A stretch of 64,000 nt of DNA from a bacterium (GTDB taxonomy: Bacteria; Patescibacteriota; Dojkabacteria; B142; OLB20). A program made the translations under genes and the position numbers. The notes beneath the pieces are model-generated. The model searched no databases. It was not told where the DNA came from and was given only the letters and a program-made list of their open reading frames with translations. Shown piece after piece: positions 58,723-64,000 of this stretch (position 1 is the first letter of the stretch; every line of letters begins with the position of its first letter). The DNA is taken from contig JBAXHO010000001.1 in the NCBI GenBank assembly GCA_037138855.1, positions 6,105 through 70,104 of the forward strand, read 5' to 3'.

Positions 58723-58762
58723 CTCCGTACGGACAGGTTTGAAACCTGTCCATACGGAGGAT
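58723..58762. repeat. Second copy of the palindrome (CTCCGTACGGACAGGTTT g AAACCTGTCCATACGGAG)
   Basis: Read directly. Confidence 0.9.
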
Positions 58763-58832
58763 CGATGCCAACTCAGCAATCACGACCTATTGCCATCCCT
58801 CCCCCAAACCACTACAATACTTTCATACCTGA

Positions 58833-59786
58833 TTGCCAATGGTTTTGTCGAAAGCTCTGAAAATTATTATTATCGTCCTTGTCGCAGTAGCAGTGATGTT
58901 GCTTACTGTTTTTTTATTGTTTGTCAGCGGGGTGACGCATGAGGTGCAGTTAATTATTTTTCCTCCGACAGCGACACCGCTGCCTACTATAACTCCGATT
59001 CCGACGCCTACGCCGACACCGACTTTGACGCCTACGCCGACACCGGATTTGAATAATTTTGCGAAAGATTATGATTATCCGCCGAAAGAGCAAAATAAAG
59101 GGACTGTGCGTATCCCGGTTTTGACCTATCATCATGTCGCTCCGATCCCGGATCAGCAAAATATGCAGGCTTATTACGTCACGCCAGTGATGTTTGAAAA
59201 GCAGTTGCAGTACCTGAAAGAAAAAAATTATCGTACTTTGACCACCAGAGAGTTTCTCGAGCAAGTGAAAAGCGGTCAAAATCCCAGTCAGAAGTCGATA
59301 GTGCTCACTTTTGATGATGGTGCGAAAAATAATTATGATAATGCTTTTCCCTTGTTGAAAAAATATGGTTTTGTCGGTGTGTTTTACATCCCGACGAATA
59401 AAACAGGTATAACCCAGACACAGCTCAAGGAAATGGCTGATGCTGGTATGGAAATTGGCTCACATTCCAAAACTCATCCGGATCTCAGTAAAATTTCGGA
59501 TGACGCGAAATTAACCGATGAAATTATTAATAGTCGGGGGATGCTGCAGAGCTGGACCGGACAGGATATTTATAGTATTGCCTATCCCGGTTGTACTGCA
59601 AATTCTCTGAACATCAGTTATGTGACCAAAGCCGGTTATCAGGTGGGTTTTTCCTGTGGAAAAGTGATTGATCATAAATATTCGCAGCGTTATGTCCTTT
59701 CCCGGATCCATGTTTACAGTAATTTGGATAATTTTAAGAAAATCCTCTCTGGTTTGGGAGAATTTACGACGGAGTATGGGGATTGA
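58833..59786 (+). CDS. Polysaccharide deacetylase (CE4/NodB family), membrane-anchored with a TP-rich linker
   Basis: IVLTFDDGAKNNYDNAFPLL (TFDDG), GMEIGSHSKTHPDL (H-x4-H), PTPTPTPTLTPTPTP linker. Confidence 0.85.
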   Translation: MPMVLSKALKIIIIVLVAVAVMLLTVFLLFVSGVTHEVQLIIFPPTATPLPTITPIPTPTPTPTLTPTPTPDLNNFAKDYDYPPKEQNKGTVRIPVLTYHHVAPIPDQQNMQAYYVTPVMFEKQLQYLKEKNYRTLTTREFLEQVKSGQNPSQKSIVLTFDDGAKNNYDNAFPLLKKYGFVGVFYIPTNKTGITQTQLKEMADAGMEIGSHSKTHPDLSKISDDAKLTDEIINSRGMLQSWTGQDIYSIAYPGCTANSLNISYVTKAGYQVGFSCGKVIDHKYSQRYVLSRIHVYSNLDNFKKILSGLGEFTTEYGD

Positions 59787-59954
59787 GAGACGGTAACCGG
59801 TGATCGGTGAGCGGAAGAAGGATGAGTATCAAGTAGCAAGTATCAAGTAGTAGTAAGAAAAACGTTAGTGAACTATTACTAATGTTAAGGTACTATCAAG
59901 TAATTTTTTATGCTATATTATTATGCGCAAAGTTAAATTTAATAAATTGCTAAA

Positions 59955-61094
59955 ATGATTGAACAAATCTCTGAAAAACCAAGTTTAGAAGCGGTACAGC
60001 CTCTTAATCAAGTTTCAGCTAATTCAGCAGGAGTTACAGAATTATCTCAGCAAAAAGGTAAAAGTAATCAAAAACCTTTATTAATATTGGCTGTGACAAG
60101 TTTGATGCTGTTGATATTTTTATTAATTTGCGGTTTTGTTTGGGCGCTGGTGCGTGCAAGACAAAATAACACTGCCACACAATCCTGTAATTACCAGGGG
60201 ATTAATTATGATAATGGCATTGGTTTTCCGTCTAGTGATGGTTGTAATAGCTGTTCCTGTGCTGCCGGTCAAGTAGTATGTACAGAAATGGCTTGTTTCA
60301 ATCCAACTGAGACACCGGCAGTGACAAAAATGCTTAGTAATCAGCCAACTGTCACTTATGACCAGACAGAACAGAAAAATACTTTGTATCTCGCAGAATT
60401 GAATGGGCAAAAAGTAATTTATACCCGGGTGCAAGGTAACTGGATTTCCTGCGGCGATGCTGCCAAGCCGGCAATTTACAATAGTCTTTCCGCAAAAAAT
60501 GGCTTTCAGTTTGCTGGTGATCCCAGCTGTACTGAGTTTGCTAGTTTGAGTCAGGCACAAAGAATTCTGGAATTTAGCGGGACAGAGCAGTATGATTTTT
60601 ATGATTATTATCAGGTAGATAATTTCTTGTATGTTTCTGTGCTTAAATCAGTCAATCTGGCTAGTTTGGAAGATCATACTTTTAATGAGGTTTATCAAGT
60701 AGATTTAACTACTTTGCAAAAGCAATTATTGTGGACCCGAGAAATTGGTGATGCCAAATATGCCAGCAAAGGGCCAATTCAGTTCCTGCCAGTGACGACA
60801 AATAAATATGTGGTGATGAATGTATTATCTTGCTGGAGTTGTGGTCCGGAAACACCAGATGATGTAATTATTTTGAATATTGCTACCAAAAAAGAATCGC
60901 TGGCAGAACGTGCTACTAATATTATTCTCGGTAGTGGCCAATATACATTCAAGCAGTATATTGATCATGCATATTTTGACATTAATGATAGCAGTAGTTT
61001 TGCGACTTATTGTCACTCAGATCAATACTGGTGTGGCGATGGTGGTAGCTACTGGAAACTAGATAATCTTATTTCGACAAGACCGTTGCCATAA
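59955..61094 (+). CDS. Membrane-anchored secreted protein, paralog family A
   Basis: LYLAELNGQKVIY..., LSCWSCGPETPDDVIILNIATKKESL. Confidence 0.5.
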   Translation: MIEQISEKPSLEAVQPLNQVSANSAGVTELSQQKGKSNQKPLLILAVTSLMLLIFLLICGFVWALVRARQNNTATQSCNYQGINYDNGIGFPSSDGCNSCSCAAGQVVCTEMACFNPTETPAVTKMLSNQPTVTYDQTEQKNTLYLAELNGQKVIYTRVQGNWISCGDAAKPAIYNSLSAKNGFQFAGDPSCTEFASLSQAQRILEFSGTEQYDFYDYYQVDNFLYVSVLKSVNLASLEDHTFNEVYQVDLTTLQKQLLWTREIGDAKYASKGPIQFLPVTTNKYVVMNVLSCWSCGPETPDDVIILNIATKKESLAERATNIILGSGQYTFKQYIDHAYFDINDSSSFATYCHSDQYWCGDGGSYWKLDNLISTRPLP

Positions 61095-61840
61095 TGTTCA
61101 GTGTCGTTATTCCTACTTTTAATGAAGCCAAGTTTTTAGGTGATTTATTGCTGGCAATTAAGGCTCAGACGATTCAGCCGGTGGAAATTATTGTGGCGGA
61201 TAATCATTCCAGTGATCAAACAAGAATGATTGCCAAACAGTTTGGTTGTAAAATAGTCAGCGGTGGCAGTCCTGCTGTCGGTCGTAATCATGGCGCCAGA
61301 GCGGTAACGCAAAAAATTATCTTTTTTTTGGATGCTGATGTAGAGTTGGCAAGTCCGGATTTTTTTGCTCGAGCCTTAGCTGAAATGAATAAAGAATCGG
61401 GATCGATTGGCAGCTGTCGGATTAAAAATTCTACAATTGCGGGAAATCGTTCGATGCGATTAGGAGAACTTATCACTGATGTTCGTCCGCTTTTAAATCA
61501 AGCGACTATTGCACTGACTGGAAAATTATTTTCCGATATGGGAGCAGTTATGATTTGTACCAAAGCGCTTTGGGAAAAGATTGCTGGTTTCGATGAAAAG
61601 CTTTATACGATTGAAGATACAGATTTTTTTCGGAGAGCGGTAGCAGCAGGTGGCAAGTACTTTTTTGTGAAGGTTACTGTTCTGATTTCACCACGGCGTT
61701 TTATCAAGCGTTCCCGTTTGAAATTGGTAAAAATGTCAGTGCTGTTAATTGCAATATTGACATTAAGTTTTTTTGGAATTAAAAAATATGCCGGGTTGCA
61801 TGAGGAGTATCAAAAAGAAAAAGGCAAGTTGGGTGGTTAG
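61094..61840 (+). CDS. Family 2 glycosyltransferase (DPM1-like) with a C-terminal TM
   Basis: VVIPTFNEAKFL, ...IIVADNHSSDQT, FLDADV (DxD). Confidence 0.85.
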   Translation: MFSVVIPTFNEAKFLGDLLLAIKAQTIQPVEIIVADNHSSDQTRMIAKQFGCKIVSGGSPAVGRNHGARAVTQKIIFFLDADVELASPDFFARALAEMNKESGSIGSCRIKNSTIAGNRSMRLGELITDVRPLLNQATIALTGKLFSDMGAVMICTKALWEKIAGFDEKLYTIEDTDFFRRAVAAGGKYFFVKVTVLISPRRFIKRSRLKLVKMSVLLIAILTLSFFGIKKYAGLHEEYQKEKGKLGG

Positions 61841-61891
61841 TTGTTCTTCAGTAAAAAAAAGTTTATACTTAATTATTCTTAAAAAAATTTC

Positions 61892-62167
61892 ATGGAAAAT
61901 AAATCTTTACAAAAAACCAATCCTAAGTATTTATTAGCTGCTGGTGTAATAGCATTATCCATTGTTACTCTTGGTGGGGCAGTGGCTTTTTATAAAGTTA
62001 AAATTGATCAGGGACAGGCAAATCTGCAAAATGAATTACCTGTTACAGGCATTAAGGATCCAGAGCCTAATTTTGGCTGCGATGAATTTAGTTATGGTAA
62101 AACTCAGGTAGTCAATACCACGCGTTGGGTTTGTGAAGATACCGGCTGGCAAGGATATTCTTTGTAG
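61892..62167 (+). CDS. Small membrane-anchored hypothetical protein
   Basis: N-terminal TM helix; 91 aa. Confidence 0.35.
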   Translation: MENKSLQKTNPKYLLAAGVIALSIVTLGGAVAFYKVKIDQGQANLQNELPVTGIKDPEPNFGCDEFSYGKTQVVNTTRWVCEDTGWQGYSL

Positions 62168-62210
62168 GATAAAGGGTAATTAGATATAATTTTCAGTTTT
62201 ATCACCAACT

Positions 62211-62501
62211 ATGTCAAAACTACAGCCGCAGGATGTTTTAGAAAAGTTAATTGCCTGTTTTGTCGAAGCACATTGTACTGCTTTGCAATTTGAAACCAAT
62301 GATTTGGAAACCTCGAATGATTATTGCATTAGTGTGATTAAAAAAGCCTTTGAAGAAACTGGCGGGAATTTTGATAAGCCTACGAAAGATTCTATTTTGG
62401 CTGTTACTAATTGGCTGGCAAATTTTTCTGCCAATTTTCGTCGCCCGGAAATAATTAAGAAAAATTATAATAAAATGATGGGATACATTGACCAGTTATA
62501 G
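62211..62501 (+). CDS. Hypothetical cytoplasmic protein
   Basis: 96 aa. Confidence 0.3.
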   Translation: MSKLQPQDVLEKLIACFVEAHCTALQFETNDLETSNDYCISVIKKAFEETGGNFDKPTKDSILAVTNWLANFSANFRRPEIIKKNYNKMMGYIDQL

Positions 62502-62537
62502 ATAGTGAACAAATATTTTTATTCTGTTGAAATTGTG

Positions 62538-62921
62538 TTATTTCACTACCTGAAAAGGGCTGACACTGATGTCGATAGTTTTACTGGTGTTGAAATAATA
62601 TTCATTAACTGCTGCTGAAATTAAAATATTACGAAAGTTCGCTTGAGTGGGATGGTTAGAGATAGTAGCTTGACAGTTCCCAGCTGTTAGAGTGACTGTA
62701 AGATTCCCGGTATAATTCTGATTAATTTTAAGTTTCTGTAGGCTTTCTTCAAAGCAGGTATCAGCGACTACAATCGCCTCGGTATTATTTAATTTTGCCT
62801 TAGAGGCTTTTGCTAAATCCACACTGTTAAATACCACAATCATTCCACCGATCAGGAGAACCCCGGAAAGGGCAATTACTGTTATTAAGGAAGCACTAGC
62901 AGGTAATTTTTGCTGTTTCAT
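62538..62921 (-). CDS. Putative minor pilin / pilus-associated protein
   Basis: N-terminal hydrophobic segment LITVIALSGVLLIGGMIVVF; last gene of a pseudopilin operon. Confidence 0.4.
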   Translation of the reverse strand: MKQQKLPASASLITVIALSGVLLIGGMIVVFNSVDLAKASKAKLNNTEAIVVADTCFEESLQKLKINQNYTGNLTVTLTAGNCQATISNHPTQANFRNILISAAVNEYYFNTSKTIDISVSPFQVVK

Positions 62922-63419
62922 TTAGTCTAAACTTAATACTAGATTAATTTGGGTTTTACGATCGCTGCGGGTCAGATGGGCGAGCTCTAATTCTACAGCA
63001 ATTGCTCTGGGAATGCCTTGTAAATCATTGATTTTAGTAAGATGAAATTTGGTAACATTCATCGTATCCGGGGTAATCGGGTTAATCTGACCGTTGGCAG
63101 AAAATATTAAACGGTTATTTTCCAGGTAATATGTTTTAAATATGGTAGAAGTAGTGAGATAAATCCGTCCCTGATCAGAATCGAAAGCACTTTGTGCAGT
63201 ATCGATACCAGAAGTATTGCGAAAGCTATCTTCTAAATGTTCGGTGATAAAAATCTTTTGTTTTGCCAGAGTATTGTCGGTATTAACCTTTAAATTACTT
63301 TCTTGAATCGAAAGGACAAATTGGATAATGGCAGTAAAAATAATTGCAAACAGTGCCAAATAAATAATAGTTTCTACTAATGTAATCGCTTTTAATTTTT
63401 TTTTGAAAATTTTCTTCAT
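62922..63419 (-). CDS. Type IV pilin-like / pseudopilin (prepilin N-terminal cleavage-methylation domain)
   Basis: KAITLVETIIYLALFAIIF matches the class III signal (G/A)(F/I)TLxE plus a hydrophobic helix. Confidence 0.6.
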   Translation of the reverse strand: MKKIFKKKLKAITLVETIIYLALFAIIFTAIIQFVLSIQESNLKVNTDNTLAKQKIFITEHLEDSFRNTSGIDTAQSAFDSDQGRIYLTTSTIFKTYYLENNRLIFSANGQINPITPDTMNVTKFHLTKINDLQGIPRAIAVELELAHLTRSDRKTQINLVLSLD

Positions 63420-64000
63420 TGATAATCCAGACTAATGTCATAAAATATTGGTGTGCCGTAACGATTGGATGAAAGGAAAGCTTTATATTGGACATAGCGC
63501 TTATCCTGGACACTAGTTGGTAGTGTACTGCCTGCTTTATCGGTAAAAAATGTATTACCAGTATTATCTGGTCCGACAAAGATGGCACCACTTAAAGTAG
63601 CAGTATCGCTAGCCCGGATTTGTAATTTGAGATCAGTATTGGCTGGGATTAGGCTATTCCAGCTGATGGTGTATAGTTTGGGATCAGCTCGCTTTGTATC
63701 AAAGATAGATGAAGTATAAGTACCATTTTCTACATAACCATAACCATTGCCAGCTCCACCACCAGGACCACCGCGAATAATTTTGAATTCAGCATTGGGA
63801 TCACCGGTAATCAAATAAGCAAAAGCATTACCCTCAGCATCATAGCTAGCATCTAGATCGTAAATACCATTATCAATTTGAAGTCCACCACAACGGGTTG
63901 GATGACGTTCATCGGAAATATTATAAACCTGATATTCTTCACCACCGGTACCGGCCAAAATGGCGACATTACCACTGGCAACTACAGCAATACCTTGCAC
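63416..64000 (-). CDS. C-terminal part of a larger pilus-operon protein (continues beyond the window end)
   Basis: The open frame reaches position 64000 without a start codon; Gly-rich GPGGGAGNGYGY; 4-nt overlap with the pseudopilin gene. Confidence 0.4.
   Translation of the reverse strand: MQGIAVVASGNVAILAGTGGEEYQVYNISDERHPTRCGGLQIDNGIYDLDASYDAEGNAFAYLITGDPNAEFKIIRGGPGGGAGNGYGYVENGTYTSSIFDTKRADPKLYTISWNSLIPANTDLKLQIRASDTATLSGAIFVGPDNTGNTFFTDKAGSTLPTSVQDKRYVQYKAFLSSNRYGTPIFYDISLDYQ

Noticed and set aside
1-64000. Prophage, IS element or integrative element (given ssrA, palindromes and TA modules).
   Set aside because: No integrase, transposase, recombinase, terminase or capsid-like ORF was found anywhere in the window. 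The palindromic cassette is therefore reported only as a candidate non-autonomous element.

Overview
This 64 kb window is an AT-rich (~35% GC) chromosomal segment from a small-genome, low-GC bacterium with a Gram-positive-like envelope. It is probably a CPR/Patescibacteria-type or related lineage, but that lineage call is only inference. Envelope clues are an LPXTG sorting signal, Thr/Pro-rich stalks and C-terminal TM anchors. Long ORFs use the standard genetic code. About 65 genes are tightly packed on both strands. Housekeeping genes: valS (runs off the 5' window edge, with a candidate T-box leader), cysK-like cysteine synthase, cysS, L-lactate dehydrogenase, ribosomal protein L28, an archaeal-type bifunctional PGI/PMI, riboflavin kinase and a tmRNA (ssrA). 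Accessory content is rich. There is a minus-strand operon of a family-III CoA-transferase, a tridomain acyl-adenylating enzyme / carrier-protein / PlsC-type acyltransferase fusion, and a permuted-papain-like protein, transcribed divergently from an N-terminal-Cys Ntn hydrolase; I read this as a candidate lipid-scavenging/remodelling system. There are three type II toxin-antitoxin pairs (HigBA-like, AbrB/PIN VapBC-like, YefM/YoeB). A 2013-aa Pmp-repeat beta-helix adhesin carries a large internal segmental duplication. An adjacent cohesin (LPXTG-anchored) / dockerin gene pair is present. Also present: an ECF sigma/anti-sigma pair and a separate sigma factor fused to a transmembrane/extracytoplasmic domain; a DsbA-like oxidoreductase beside a Cys-rich giant secreted protein; three paralogs of an uncharacterised membrane-anchored family (C[WY]xCGPE motif) interleaved with cell-wall enzymes (CE4 deacetylase, GT2, lectin-like); and a type IV pseudopilin cluster at the 3' edge. 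Non-genic structure is unusual: (a) families of short tandem hexa- to octamer repeats (GTAGCAA/GTATCAA, CGGTGAYCGG, AATCTAGG) sit immediately 5' of start codons, and two copies are even in-frame inside valS; (b) a ~700 bp segment is bounded by two near-identical 22-bp-arm palindromes and contains a duplicated gene 3' end plus terminator. Several genes look frameshifted (EamA transporter, beta-helix surface protein, SNase paralog). No CRISPR array, IS/transposase, integrase or prophage genes were seen.
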